A stretch of 64,000 nucleotides of DNA from Eledone cirrhosa (GCA_964016885.1 OZ024749.1:28582001-28646000), one strand, 5' to 3'; counted from the stretch's first letter, positions 29,919-51,184 are shown. Notes: generated by a model from the letters alone, not told the origin. Translations and numbers: made by a program.

Positions 29919-30122
29919 AAGGTAATATGATATACTTGTTTACAGTAAAGTGCTAAGTCTCCATATGTTTTAATTTCTTCTTTATTATATATACTCCACT
30001 TCTACCAACTGTTGAGTGCTACATATCTGATTTATGCATAGTTTTATTGTTCTACAATATTACTCACCTACATATGTATATATATATATGTATATATATG
30101 TATATATATATATATATATAAT

Positions 30123-30456
30123 GGAGGCACATGGCTTAGTGGTTAGAGCATTGGCCTTGCAATCGAAAGGTTGTGAGTTCAATTCTCAGACCGGGTGATG
30201 TGTTTCCTTGAGCAAGACACTTTATTTCACATTGCTCTAGTTTACTCAGCTGTAGAAATGAGATGGGGTCCCTATCATTCCACTGTAAAGTGGACGTGTA
30301 GGTGCCACGGCAAAAAAGCACCCAGCACTCACTGTAAATGAGGTTGGTGTTAGGAAGGGCATCCAGCTGTAGAAATCAAGCCAGAATCAGTTCCCGTCCC
30401 ACTCTTGCAAGCAGAGAAAAGCGGACGTAAAATGATGATGATGATGATGATGATGA
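30123..30456 (+). mobile_element. CORE-like SINE with RTE tail
   Basis: Same family as 11622-11962. Confidence 0.88.
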
Positions 30457-30491
30457 TATATATATATATATATATGTATATACATATATAT

Positions 30492-31187
30492 ATATTGAGA
30501 TAAGCAGAACAAGCAAAATTCAAACAATTTTTTAAAATAAATTAAATTTAAATATTTACCTACTCAGTTGCTTTTACCGATCGGTTTCACTTCACAAAAC
30601 ATTAGAAATCCATGGGGACCTCCAATGGAAAAGTCAAGATCATCAGAGACCATTTTCCTTTCCTAGGACAAAAAGTCCCAGGAACGGCAAAATATATTGC
30701 CATCTGCAAGCTCGCACAGTATCGAATGAGGCCAAAATTTGACCTGTACATGAACCAGTCCGTAGCAAAAGCGGAAGTAAACATAGACGTGTTGTCTACT
30801 CCACCACTGAAAATAGCAGCCAAATAGAACAACAGATTTGTTCTCTACATAACGGAGAATATTAAATGAAGTTAATATGCCCACGAGTACTAAGTACCCC
30901 TGGAAATATATAGGTTGTCTATGATACACTGGTTGTTCTATGGTATTAATTTGACATAGCAAAACTATAATATTGAGATAAGCAGAACAAGCAAAATTCA
31001 AACAATTTTTTAAAATAATATTTAAATTAAATTTTTTAATTTATTTTAAAAAATTGTTTGAATTTTACTTGTTCTGCTTATCTCAATATTATAGTTCTGG
31101 TATGTCAAATTAGTACCATTGAACAACCCTGTATCATAGACAACCTATATATTTCCAGGGGTACTTAGTACCCGTGGGCATATTAAC

Positions 31188-31192
<5 letters not shown>
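30492..31192. mobile_element. Penelope-like non-coding element (partial tandem plus inverted repeat)
   Basis: Direct repeat 30492-30550 / 30970-31028; inverted arms ~30866-31028 / ~31030-31192; degenerate hammerhead 30571-30650 (minus) with palindromic ACCGATCGGT. Confidence 0.65.
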
Positions 31193-31277
<85 letters not shown>

Positions 31278-31303
31278 TATATCTACATACATATATATAT
31301 ATA

Positions 31304-31337
<34 letters not shown>

Positions 31338-31362
31338 TATATCTACATACATATATATATAT

Positions 31363-31403
<41 letters not shown>

Positions 31404-31552
31404 TATATCTACATACATATATATATATACACATATATATATATATACATACATATATATATATACATACATATATATATATACATACATATATATATAT
31501 ACATTAAGAGAGTAAAACAAAGAAGCCTTCAATACATCAAAAGTCTTTATTA

Positions 31553-31590
31553 GCCGACAATGTTTCGTCCTATTAAGGACTCGTCAGGGC
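31553..31590 (-). ncRNA. Canonical minimal type I hammerhead ribozyme
   Basis: gcc-CTGACGA-gtcc ttaata ggac-GAAAC ATT GTC^-ggc; overlaps the left arm and spacer of inverted repeat 31503-31568 / 31625-31690. Confidence 0.92.
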
Positions 31591-32439
31591 AATTAAAACA
31601 ACAAGAAGTAATATCGGCAGATACACGAAACATTGTCGGCTAATAAAGACTTTTGATGTATTGAAGGCTTCTTTGTTTTACTCTCTTAATTTTTCGGCTC
31701 TGTTTAACTACATTGAGCTATACCTTTTACTGTCATTTCTATAATACGAAGAGGGTGTTTAACTCCAACACGCTCCAGTATTTTAACCTTATATATATAT
31801 ATACATACATATATATATATACATACATATATATATATACATACATATATATATACATACATATATATATACATACATATATATATACATACATATATAT
31901 ATATATACATACATATTTATATATATACATATATATATACATATATATATATACATACATATGTATATATGTATATATATATATGTAAAAACAAACATAA
32001 ATTATCGAGATTCGCATTTCGGCCCACAAAATAACGAAAAACAACCTCCGAGATGTGCGGCAAGTGCTCAATGATTCAGATGAAGCAGAGCTATAACAAA
32101 CGTTAAAGGCCAAACACACTGAGACGATGGTTAAACAATCATTCGCATAGCCAAAAAAAAAAACGATCAAGTAATTCGGGTATTAAAAATTTACCCAGAC
32201 CACTGGAAGGTTGGTAAAATCCAGTATTTGGGTTTCTGCGGCTCCTAAATCAAGTACCGCCGATTACATAAAAAATGTCAGGCTTCTGGTAAGATGATTG
32301 AACAAGGAACCCACTTTCTCAACAGGTTTTAGTTCAATGTTAATACAAGGACTGACTATTGCTGACCCCACGTGGGGATCGGCAAGGGAGGCAACCCCTG
32401 TATCAGGCGAATGAATTCAGTTGTGTATATTTTTGCAAT

Positions 32440-36125
<3,686 letters not shown>

Positions 36126-36285
36126 ATGAAAAGTTATATTTAAAATTGTTGGGTTACAACTAGTAAATATTTATAACTGATATAAAAGCACTCGACAAAT
36201 ATTTGGAGTATATCAACCTCTTCAAATGCAAGTCGATGTTATTACGGTATGTCGAATCTATTTATCTATAAAACTGTTTATATTG

Positions 36286-36351
36286 TATTTTGTCTGAGGA
36301 AGGCATAGCATATTGTTAATATGATATCCCTGAAATATATATAATGAAATA
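36286..36351 (+). ncRNA. Type I hammerhead (second copy at 48503-48568)
   Basis: tattttgt-CTGAGGA-agg..catatt gtt aatatg..cct-GAAA TATAT ATA^-atgaaata. Confidence 0.75.
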
Positions 36352-36680
36352 AATATGGTTTTATAAATATAGTTTCCATTTATTTAATATTGTAATATTG
36401 TATGAATATATATATATATATGAATATATATATATATGAATATATATATATATATATATGAATATATATATATGAATATATATATATATATATGAATATA
36501 TATATATGAATATATATATATATATGAATATATATATATATATATATATATATGAATATATATATCTATATGAATATATATATATATATATGAATATATA
36601 TATATATATATATGAATATATATATGAATATATATGAATATATATATATATATATATATATGAATATATATATATATATA

Positions 36681-37225
36681 TGTTGTTATACTTTGGGAGG
36701 GTCATGTTGCCAATAAGAAACACACGCACCAGTTGCTTTCACTTCAATTTAATTTAATATATATTTATAAATTTACAAATTTATAAATTTCTGGTTGGTT
36801 GGTTGGTTCCACAACCAGATAGTTGTTTATATATATATAGTCATAGTTCTTTCGTCACACACTCTGTGACCTCTGCGCAAACTGAGCACGCAACCCACAC
36901 ACAAACAAAATGGCGTAGGATAGAAGAAAGGAAAGGCACAGAAACGAAGAAAGAAATCCCCAGTCACTGAAGAGGTCACAGAGTGTGTGACGAAAGAACT
37001 ATGACTATATATATATAAACAACTATCTGGTTGTGGAACCAACCAACCAACCAGAAATTTATAAATTTGTAAATTTATAAATATATATTAAATTAAATTG
37101 AAGTGAAAGCAACTGGTGCGTGTGTTTCTTATTGGCAACATGACCCTCCCAAAGTATAACAATATCGGTTTCAACACACGATTTCAGATAAAGAATCTTG
37201 CTAAACAAATTCAGAAACGAAATAT
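36681..37225. mobile_element. Inverted-repeat Penelope-like element (~190-bp arms) with hammerhead at 36962-37006 (+)
   Basis: agtca-CTGAAGA-g gtcaca gagtg tgtgac-GAAA G AA CTA^-tgact; related copy at 54720-55345; fragments at ~21620-21790 and 34810-34833. Confidence 0.85.
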
Positions 37226-37248
37226 ATATATATGAATATATATATATA

Positions 37249-37428
<180 letters not shown>

Positions 37429-37449
37429 TATATATATATATATATATTC

Positions 37450-37487
<38 letters not shown>

Positions 37488-37492
37488 GAATA

Positions 37493-37583
<91 letters not shown>

Positions 37584-38689
37584 ATAGTAATAATAATAAA
37601 ATTGAAGACTAAAATCCAAAGAGGGCTCGATAAGGAAAACATATATCAAATATATAAGAACCGTAGAGCAAATATTTATTAAAATAACAGATTAAAGTTT
37701 AAGTAAAGAATCGGTGCTTTCACTCTTAACGGGATCTTCTGAAACTAACAAAGTCAATCTGTAAACGCAGAACTGGATATTTCAAAAAACGTTGCAACCG
37801 GGGGAAGACAGGAAGACGATACTTTGGTTCGTGGTAACGTTCGCTGGCAAAGAACGGGAAAAAACGAATAATACGTCATTAATAGGAGCGGTGAAAAACA
37901 ATTACGCGCAAAGACAAAACCACGTTTATGGTATAAAAAAGGTCGTAGACTAATGTTCTCTTAGGTGGTGCATAGAGACGTTCTCTGGCAATGAACGAAA
38001 AAACGAAGATAATAAGTCATATGTGGAGCGTGGAGAACAATAGCACGCAAAGACAAAACCACGTAAATGGTATAGCAGAAATCGTAGACTAAAATTCTAA
38101 CTAGGAGACCAAATGAATCTCCGCTACAGAGTTAAGAACAAAGTAAATAAATACAATACAGAAGTAATAGGAACAAATAAATACATACACGCAAACAGAT
38201 ACGTACATACACAAGCATACGCAAAACCTTACCATGGGTATACAAAACCACGCACATATAAATATGTGTGTGTGTGTATGCTTGTGTACAAATAAATAAA
38301 TAATTATATAAACGTATATAAGTAAATAAATACGTATATAACAAGCGCACACGCATACCTACATATAAATACACGAATGTTCGGAGACGTAAGTCAACTA
38401 AAACAAGAAGTACACATATACACACACCCACCATACGTACGAACCTGCACACTCACGCGGACGCAAAACTCCCGTATACACATAGCCAAACCCTAAATAC
38501 CAGAATATGTAAAAATTATACGCTATAACAGTCAAATATACGTACGAGAAGGTATACATACCTTCACAAAACATACGGGTAATATATACTTACCTATGCA
38601 AATACGTAAAAGAATAAACAAAACATATACTTAGCTCCCACATCAAGACGTAAAATATCCACGTATAGATCGTGCTATCCGTTAGGGTA

Positions 38690-38925
38690 TAACGTGGGGC
38701 TGTAATACAGGAAAGTTTTGTGCAATTTATGTTTACAAGCCGAAATTGCCTCAGATTTTTTGTTTAAGATGTGGTCTGTAGCGTAGAGTATTTCCAGGGC
38801 CTCAGCGGCGCAGAGGTCACATGGTCTTTTATTTCCGTTATACGATCTAGCCCTAGCTAGGATCTCCCAGTGTAACTTATATTGGGTGTGGTTGTCTTTT
38901 AGACTCCAGATATAAGCTCAGTAAC
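38690..38925 (-). pseudogene. Penelope-like GIY-YIG endonuclease C-terminal remnant
   Basis: Translates YIWSLKDNHTQYKLHWEILARARSYNGNKRPCDLCAAEALEILYATDHILNKKSEAISACKH; homologous to 46892-47566. Confidence 0.8.
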
Positions 38926-39174
38926 CTCCGCAGAGTCACTGGCGCCCATACTCACGTCGAATGGGGTACTATTGGATTTTTTTTATCCAAATAGAGTCGT
39001 CGAAATTAATCACCGACTTTCGGGCATTAAGGATGACATCAACTTCAAAATCCTTAACCACTGTGAGTGTTTTAGCGAAATTGATAGCTCTAAGGAGAAG
39101 TGGTAAAGTGATGGAGGAGTAGTAATTGTTGATGTCGAATTGGATAAAACGGCATATGTATATATGTATATATG

Positions 39175-39207
<33 letters not shown>

Positions 39208-39208
39208 G

Positions 39209-39239
<31 letters not shown>

Positions 39240-39254
39240 GTATATGTATATATG

Positions 39255-39301
<47 letters not shown>

Positions 39302-39326
39302 GTATATATATATATGAATATATATG

Positions 39327-39368
<42 letters not shown>

Positions 39369-39374
39369 TGAATA

Positions 39375-40405
<1,031 letters not shown>

Positions 40406-41177
40406 CAGTAAATGAAAATACTCGGCGTAGCTTAATTCGCCATGGGGCCCGGGGCGCGGCCGGTGTTTTAACCGCCACATAGTACCTTTAAATTACAGAA
40501 CAAATCGGAACTATTATATAATAAAATGTTAAACTGTTGAACTTTAAATTTTCTAACCTCTTTAATATTGAATATTGATTATTAATTCTTTTAACTTCAT
40601 CCTAGAAGTCTAAACACTGTAACACACTGACTCCCAATATATTCACCTCAGCTAAGATGCGGGTCCCTGTGAACATTTTCTCGCGCCACTCCTGGCTTGA
40701 CTGTGGTCTGACATTAATATCGACCTTTCTTCCTCTTTCTTTCTATCTTCCTTATTGTAGCCATCAGCCCTTACTTTTCTACTTCTCTCTTCTCTTCCTT
40801 CTCTTCTCCCCTCTTCCTGTCTTTCTCCCGCAGACTTATCTTCCTTCCCCCTCTTGCTTGCCTATATCTGACCGGTAGTAGTTGCCTTTCTTCTTTTAGC
40901 TGACATTAACCCTGGCTTCTCTTCTTCTTTCTTCCCCCTTCTTCTCTCTCCTTCCTTTCTTTCTTTCTTTTACCTTGTGTCATGAGATCGACGTTAACTT
41001 ATGCTCCCATCCCTTTCTGTTTTCGTTTATCTGACCGGTAGTAGCATACTATAAACTTTAGCCACGTCACTCCAGGGCGACCGGCTGAGGTTGAAGGAAC
41101 AGAATAGCGGTCGCCCTCGGGTCCTCGATTTTCAGCCCCATGGATTTTATCTATTACATTCACGTATTATATTTCGA

Positions 41178-41235
41178 ATACCTGATGATATCACCGGATT
41201 CATACGGAACCCGGTCATTGAAATGATCATAGTAT
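41178..41235 (+). ncRNA. Type I hammerhead ribozyme
   Basis: atac-CTGATGA-..accgg..ccggt..-GAAA TGATC ATA^-gtat; palindromic helix III ATGATCAT. Confidence 0.75.
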
Positions 41236-41634
41236 AATAAACCTTTCAAGGATTTACACAAATCCAGCCTCCTGTCATTTCATTATAATATTTAACTCCG
41301 TAATAGCACCACCAACTACAAAAACAAAGACGGTTGAACTGCTTTACGTTGAGTACTCTCTATATTATTGCATTACGATTGACCATACGAAATAGACCAG
41401 CTCTATACAGTGGTGAACCTCAAACCTGAATATATATATTCATATATATATATGAATATATATATATATGAATATATATATATGAATATATATATATATA
41501 TATGAATATATATATATATGTATGTATATATATATATATATATGTATGTATATATATGTACACATATATATATGTATATATATGTACGTATATATGAATA
41601 TATATATATATGTATGAATATATATATATATATA

Positions 41635-41733
<99 letters not shown>

Positions 41734-41889
41734 CTGCATTAAGTGTGACCGAAACTCGAGTCCGGGAACTACTATAGGCACCCATTTTACGTGTGTTGTA
41801 TTGAAGCGAATAACTATGTGTATACTCTGGGGATGTATCTTACATTGCCTATTGAGTACGCTGAGATACAACTGGTCCTGGTATTGATA

Positions 41890-41937
<48 letters not shown>

Positions 41938-41942
<5 letters not shown>

Positions 41943-43207
41943 TATGAAGAGAGAAGAAACATTTAGATATAATTAGTAATAAAATGTATCATTCCTAAAT
42001 TCCTCGACTACGTAGTTTCGTGGCATAAACAAAAACAATATATCAAAGATATAGAGTCCTTGCGAGGTCTGCCAACTTATCAAGAGGATACCTCATTTTA
42101 TTAGTCTCAAGAACGCGTCTACACGACGTGAGAAAGAATCCCAAAAGGCGGAGGGGGAGACAGTCACGCGATATAACGGTCGAGAAACAGAGCTAAGCCT
42201 CTTATAACCACGAAGAAAATACCACGGAGGCGGAGGGGGTATTCATATCGAGGCCGTAGAAGAGGTAGTGAAGAAGGCGAGAAGTATGAGTAATGGAAGC
42301 TTTCCAGTTGTCCCCACACTTCAAAGATTGCTCGACCAGAGGGAGTTATTAATATATTTAGAAACACACAGATACATGCGGACACACACATATATACATG
42401 AATGCATCCGCACCCAACTGTGAGTTAAGGGTGCCAACTTCACCGATGTTGCTCAATGAATGACTGGGACAGACTAATTCAGTTTGAACCAGACTGAACC
42501 AGTATCAGAGTTAAAAATACATTATGAAGAGAGAAGAAACATTTAGATATAATTAGTAATAAAATGTATCATTCATGTATATATGTGTGTGTCCGCATGT
42601 ATCTGTGTGTTTCTAAATATATTAATAACTCCCTCTGGTCGAGCAATCTTTGAAGTGTGGGGACAACTGGAAAGCTTCCATTACTCATACTTCTCGCCTT
42701 CTTCACTACCTCTTCTACGGCCTCGATATGAATACCCCCTCCGCCTCCGTGGTATTTTCTTCGTGGTTATAAGAGGCTTAGCTCTGTTTCTCGACCGTTA
42801 TATCGCGTGACTGTCTCCCCCTCCGCCTTTTGGGATTCTTTCTCACGTCGTGTAGACGCGTTCTTGAGACTAGTAAAATGAGGTATCCTCTTGATAAGTC
42901 GGCAGACCTCGCAAGGACTCTATATCTTTGATATATTGTTTTTGTTTATGCCACGAAACTACGTAGTCGAGGAATTTAGGAACAGTTTAGGTATGATACA
43001 TTTTATTACTAATTATATCTAAATGTTTCTTCTCTCTTCATAATGTATGTTTAACTCTGATACTGGTTCAGTCTGGTTCAAACTGAATTAGTCTGTCCCA
43101 GTCATTCATTGAGCAACATCGGTGAAGTTGGCACCCTTAACTCACAGTTGGGTGCGGATGCATTCATGTATATATGTGTGTGTCCGCATGTATCTGTGTG
43201 TTTCTAA

Positions 43208-43215
<8 letters not shown>
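41938..43215. mobile_element. Circularly permuted ~590-bp non-coding unit present as an inverted pair, each copy terminally redundant and carrying a hammerhead
   Basis: Plus-strand unit start repeats at 42570 and 43161 (period 591); minus copy 41938-42574; identical mirrored ORFs 42164..42391 and 42583..42810. Confidence 0.88.
42886..42973 (+). ncRNA. Variant type I hammerhead with U3-A8 core (mirror copy 42001-42088, minus strand)
   Basis: tcctc-TTGATAA-gtcggca...tgccac-GAAAC TACGTA GTC^-gagga. Confidence 0.78.
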
Positions 43216-43261
<46 letters not shown>

Positions 43262-43355
43262 CATATATATGTATATATATATATATATACATATGTATGT
43301 GTATATATATATATATATACATATGTATGTGTATATATATATATATATACATATG

Positions 43356-43404
<49 letters not shown>

Positions 43405-43405
43405 G

Positions 43406-43444
<39 letters not shown>

Positions 43445-43445
43445 G

Positions 43446-43506
<61 letters not shown>

Positions 43507-43507
43507 G

Positions 43508-43576
<69 letters not shown>

Positions 43577-43577
43577 G

Positions 43578-43646
<69 letters not shown>

Positions 43647-43666
43647 GTATGTGTATATATATATAT

Positions 43667-45456
<1,790 letters not shown>

Positions 45457-45652
45457 TATGTATACATATATATATATGTATACATATATATATATGTATA
45501 CATATATATATATGTATACATATATATATATGTATATATATATGTATACATATATATATATGTATACATATATATATATGTATATATATGTATACATATA
45601 TATATGTATATATATATGTATATATATATGTATATATATGTATATATATATG

Positions 45653-45683
<31 letters not shown>

Positions 45684-45764
45684 GTATATATATATATATG
45701 TATATATATATGTATATATATATATATGTATACATATATATATATATATATATATGTATACATA

Positions 45765-45799
<35 letters not shown>

Positions 45800-45823
45800 G
45801 TATACATATATATATATGTATAC

Positions 45824-45863
<40 letters not shown>

Positions 45864-46336
45864 GTATACATATATATATATGTATACATATATAGATATG
45901 TATACATATATAGATATGTATACATATATAGATATGTATACATATATATATATGTATACATATATATATATGTATACATATATATATACATATATATATA
46001 TATGTATACATATATATATATGTATACATATATATATATATATGTATACATATATATATATGTATATATATATAGATATGTATACATATATATATATATA
46101 TGTATACATATATATATATATACATATATATAGATATGTCTACATATATATATATGTATACATATATATATATGTATACATATATATATATGTATACATA
46201 TATATATATGTATACATATATATATATGTATACATATATATATATGTATACATATATATATATGTATATATATATGTATATATATATATATATATATGTA
46301 TACATATATATATATATATATGTATATACGATATTA

Positions 46337-47830
46337 AACCTAGGTGATACACTGCACTGATTCTTATATTTCATGAAAAACTTCAATGTGTCAGAAAAGA
46401 AAAACTTCAATGCGTTAGAAGAGATTCCACCCTACATACATTTACATACATATATACATATATATAGACACAAAACATATAAGATATACATTAACATCTA
46501 AAACAATCATCGATCAAGCATAGAGTAGACAACAGATATCAATATTAAAATTAAAAACGCCAAGAATATCTTCGTCACTCCACAGAGTATCTAGGGACGC
46601 AAGAGAACATAGTATGCCACGCATATTGGTCATAGAATCAGCCAAGCCTTATCTATCAGAAATCATTCGAAACTTATTCTACAAATGCTCTTATATTTAT
46701 TATAGAAGTTTATCCAGCTTAAAAATTTATTCAAAAGATTGGGACCAACGCCAATTTTAGGGTAGTTTATTTAATCTCATTAATTATATATTCATGCGGA
46801 AAGGTTTTAAAAAAAATTAAAGGAATCGAAAGATTTATCGCCAAGTATCACAAATAGTCAAATATCTTAAGTAAATATACTACATTTTATACTACATTTT
46901 AAATTTATATTTATATTTAAATGTTGAGTTCAATCTATGTCTGCAACAGCTGAATAAATTGGTTCGTAAATTAAGGGAATTTTTAGATTTTAATATAAAG
47001 AATATCTCCTCCGCGCAGAGGTCACAAGTCTCAGAAGAGGAATTAAAAGGAATCCCTTTTGAGATTATATTCCAAACCATCGAATATCCAACTTTATCAT
47101 GCTTAAGTTGCCAGAGAAGCCCTGACAGCGATGTTGATGATTTTTTATTTGGATCCGTGAAAGAATTTTTGTGATTATTATAGCGAAGTTTAAATTCTGT
47201 CGAGGTGGAACCAACATAATTAAAAGAATTTAAATCAGTTCTAACATTACAGTTGTATATTATATTTTTAACTAAGCAATTGTTATTTAGCGGACATTTA
47301 GATCTATCTCTACAGTTACAGTTTTTTAGTTGAATATTGTTTAGGCTATTTTCGGTATTTTGGCTAGGTTTTAGATTCCTATTATTTATTCTATTAATAT
47401 TTTGTGCTAAATTTTTGGTGGACGAGTACGTTAATTTTATAGTATGTCTATTAAAAATTGAGTGATACTTATGTGTTCTAGGGAAGCGTTTGTCAAGAGC
47501 ATTAAAAAATAGTTTAGCGATGTGGGTTTTAATGTTTAGTGAGAATGGGGGGGGGGGGGGGGGCAAACCATATTATATTTCTAGTTCTATTTCTTTTCTG
47601 GTTTTTGAAATTATTGTAGTGCTTTCTATTATAGTTGTTAAAGTTGTTACTGTAATTAAAATTGTTGTTATTTTGGTTAGTTTGTCTATTATCGATGTAC
47701 ACAATTTTATCACTATATCCTGCTCTAGCTAAAGCATCATTATAATACCTCTACCTAGAAACAAGGACTTTTCTGACACATTGAAGTTTTTCATGAAATA
47801 TAAGAATCAGTGCAGCGTATCACCTAGGTT
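46337..47830 (-). mobile_element. 5'-truncated Penelope-like (Naiad-like) element with GIY-YIG ORF 46892-47566 and ~63-bp inverted termini
   Basis: PPFSLNIKT..FNRHTIKLTYS..CNCRDRSKCPLNNNCL..IIY..YVG..FKLRYNNH..CDLC..E..CRH; inverted repeat 46337-46399 / 47768-47830. Confidence 0.9.
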
Positions 47831-47975
47831 CACATGTGCGTCTTTATTTATCAACTTGAATTTGAGATAACCTTCTCTTTTCTCATTTTTCACGAGAATG
47901 CATATATACTTATGTTTGAAGTTTTGTCTCAGATTTTGCTTATAGACCTAAGAATTTTTAAACTGAGCATGTGGT

Positions 47976-48019
<44 letters not shown>

Positions 48020-48502
48020 ATAGATATGTGTCTCATTCATGAATACTGGTATTTACATTATAGTGCCTAATTCATAAAAATTGATAATTCAAATGGATGA
48101 GACATAATATATTTTTAATATATTTTAAATATATCATCTTTCTTTCTTTTTCTCCTATACACTAATCTAACTGTATCCCTTCCCTTAACCTCTCACATAT
48201 ACGATGATCATCTGTCAAAATGCAGCCTACTAGGTTTTTTTTCACCATCAATGTATTTCTCTCTATCCTTGTCTCTCTATCTCGCTCCGTTGTTTTTCTT
48301 TACATACATCTCTTTTCTCTTTGCATACATCTCTTCATCTTCTTCTTTTTATTTACATACATCTCTTCACCCTCTTCTTCTCATCTTCGTTTTCTTTCTA
48401 TATAACTATCATAACAGTTTCACTACCAAATCAACTTTTTAAAAGGAAGTTGCATTCTCAAAAGGTATGTCACTAATTATTTATAAAACAGCTTATGTAT
48501 TG

Positions 48503-48568
48503 TATTTTGTCTGAGGAAGGCATAACATATTTTTAATATGATATCCCAGAAATATATATAACGAAATA
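48503..48568 (+). ncRNA. Type I hammerhead (same family as 36286)
   Basis: tattttgt-CTGAGGA..GAAA TATAT ATA^-acgaaata. Confidence 0.72.
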
Positions 48569-48794
48569 AATATGGTTTTATAAATATAGTTTCCATTTGT
48601 TTAATATCGTAAACCTACTCCAGAAACTGTCGAGTGCTTTTATATCAGTTATAAAATATTTACTAGTTGTAACCCAACAATCTTAAATAAAACTTTTGCA
48701 TATATATGTATATATATATGTATATATATATATATGTATATATGTATATATATATGTATATATATATATATATGTATATATGTATATATATATG

Positions 48795-48825
<31 letters not shown>

Positions 48826-49169
48826 GTATACATATATATATATGTATGTATATATATATATATGTATGTATATATGTATATATATATGTATATATATATA
48901 TGTATATATATATGTATATATATATGTATATATATATGTATATATATATGTATGTATATATGTATATATATATGTATATATATATGTATGTATATATGTA
49001 TATATATATGTATATATATATGTATATATATATGTATATATATATGTATATATATATGTATATATATATATATATATATGTGTGTATATATGTATATATA
49101 TATGTATATATATGTATATATATATTTCTAGCTCATGTTTCATCAGTCTGGGAGAGATTGTATCAACAT

Positions 49170-49730
49170 TAATAATAATAATTGTTTCTACTTTAGGCAC
49201 AAGGCCAGCAATTACCCAGTTCATTACAAGGCCAACAATTTTCGGAGTGGGGGGAAGGTGAGAAAGTCGATTATATTGACCCCAGTGCATTACTGGTGCT
49301 TCATTTTACAGACCCTGTAAGGATGCAAGGCAAAGCTTACTCAGAATGTAAAGAGATGTAACTATATCGCGCTAAGCATGTTGCTCGACGCTCTACCGAT
49401 AATGCCAATCAATGGCTGAGTCTTTAGAACCCTGGACAAATGCTTAGTAGTATATTCATTCCAGCTCTTTTTTAGTTTAAATCCTGCCGAGGGTAACTTT
49501 GCCTTCCATCCCTCCGAGGTCGATAAGTACTAATCAAGTACCAGGGTTGATATAATTCTCCACAAACTGATGGCCTTGTATCAACATTAGAAACCATTAT
49601 TTATTCATTTAATAGGGCGGTGGATTGGCAGTATCGGTAGAGGGTCGGACGCCATTGCGTTGATGCATAGAGTTACGTCCCTTGCCATTCTGAGTTCAGG
49701 CCTTGTGCCTAACATAGAAACAATTATTTA
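49170..49730. mobile_element. Cluster of Meta-like SINE copies and fragments in both orientations
   Basis: Same motifs as the 14640 family. Confidence 0.75.
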
Positions 49731-51146
49731 TTCATTTAATCAATTTAAACGTCCGTTTAGAGCTTGTAAGCCATGGCAGGCAGGGAAAGGTCTCTTATAC
49801 CTTAATTAAGAAACAAAAACAAGAGATAAGGAAAAGAAAAAAAGGTGGAAAGCAGAACAGCTAAGAGGCAGTTAAATGTTTTTGCTGAGTCTGTTCGTAG
49901 CCTCCCTGTATTTGGAAGATCTGTATATGTTACACCTTCAATTTCAGAAGTTTTTTAAAGACCAGCTTCAAGATGTTCTCCCTCTCAGACTGGCAGTTTT
50001 ATATCTAAAAAGTGTAAAAATAAATGTTACTTTATTTTTTTCAAATACATCAGTTTATTACATCAATTTAAAGTAAAAGTACATATTGAGCAGTATCTAA
50101 GAAAAACAAAACACACTGTTAAAGGGAACAGAAAATAAAAAGGAAAGAAGGATCAAGCAATGAAAGAGAGGGAGAGGGGGAAGATTAGTCACTATACCCC
50201 AGTCTGATCAGTGTCTCAGTCACACCAAGTGGACAAAACAGTAAAAGCATTACTGCGGAGAATGATCAGAGACACCCACTACAACAGCCACGTCACAGGG
50301 TTCCCTTCTTAAGCAGTCCAATGTCTTTCTGACTTTACATAGGAAATCAGCAGTGTGGGGATCAAGGATGCCAGAGGTCTCGATGGAGACCAGTGTAAAG
50401 AGGAAGTGGTTGGTTAGGCTCTAGTATTTGACTATCTTTCTTTCCTCCACATTGGGGGCACTGAAGCCGAGGTGAGAACGAGTTGCAAGTTATTAGGTAA
50501 TATTTACAATAACAGTGCCTTAGTGATTATGGTGTTGGACTCAGTCAAAATATTGTGAGTTTGATTCCTGGAACAGGAGGTGAGTTGTGTTCTTGAGCAA
50601 GCCACTTCATTTCACAGTGCTTTTCATGATAGAATTGAGGATGCTATCATTAAATACACTTGAGAAACCTGTTATAGGTGCAAGCTGTAAATTTCATTTC
50701 ATTTCAATCACTGGTATAGATTAACATATAAAGTATAATAGTAATTTATCACAATGTTAGCAATACTTCCACCCTGTATACTAAGTCACATTCCATGGTT
50801 GTTAAATTAAATAGCATTATCCTATTGAAGTCTGTCAGTTGGTGAGTTGCACTCTGGTGGTCCATTTAGTCTTGTTTAGTTAGTAGATGTGGTATTTCAT
50901 TTAACCAATGATTGTAAACATCTGAATGACTTGAGAAACATTGGGAAAATTTAAAATATAATCATCTCAATAGTGATCAACTATTAATATTCATATATAT
51001 ATATAAAGTAAGATGATAATTTATTGATTTTGTTTTTGCTATATGCTGTGTTGTTATGTCACTTATTTTTTCTTTTAAACAACATTTCTTCTGACTATAA
51101 TGACATAAATACATTGAGCTTGAAAATATTATTAAATTGCAATTTT

Positions 51147-51181
<35 letters not shown>

Positions 51182-51184
<3 letters not shown>

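Noticed and set aside
46337-47830. DNA transposon with terminal inverted repeats
   Set aside because: The enclosed ORF is a Penelope-type GIY-YIG domain, not a transposase; the inverted ends fit pseudo-LTR inversion.
49850-50010. Possible minus-strand exon after a strong ttttag acceptor (~50005)
   Set aside because: All three frames stop within about 12 codons and no partner exons were found; unsupported without transcript data.
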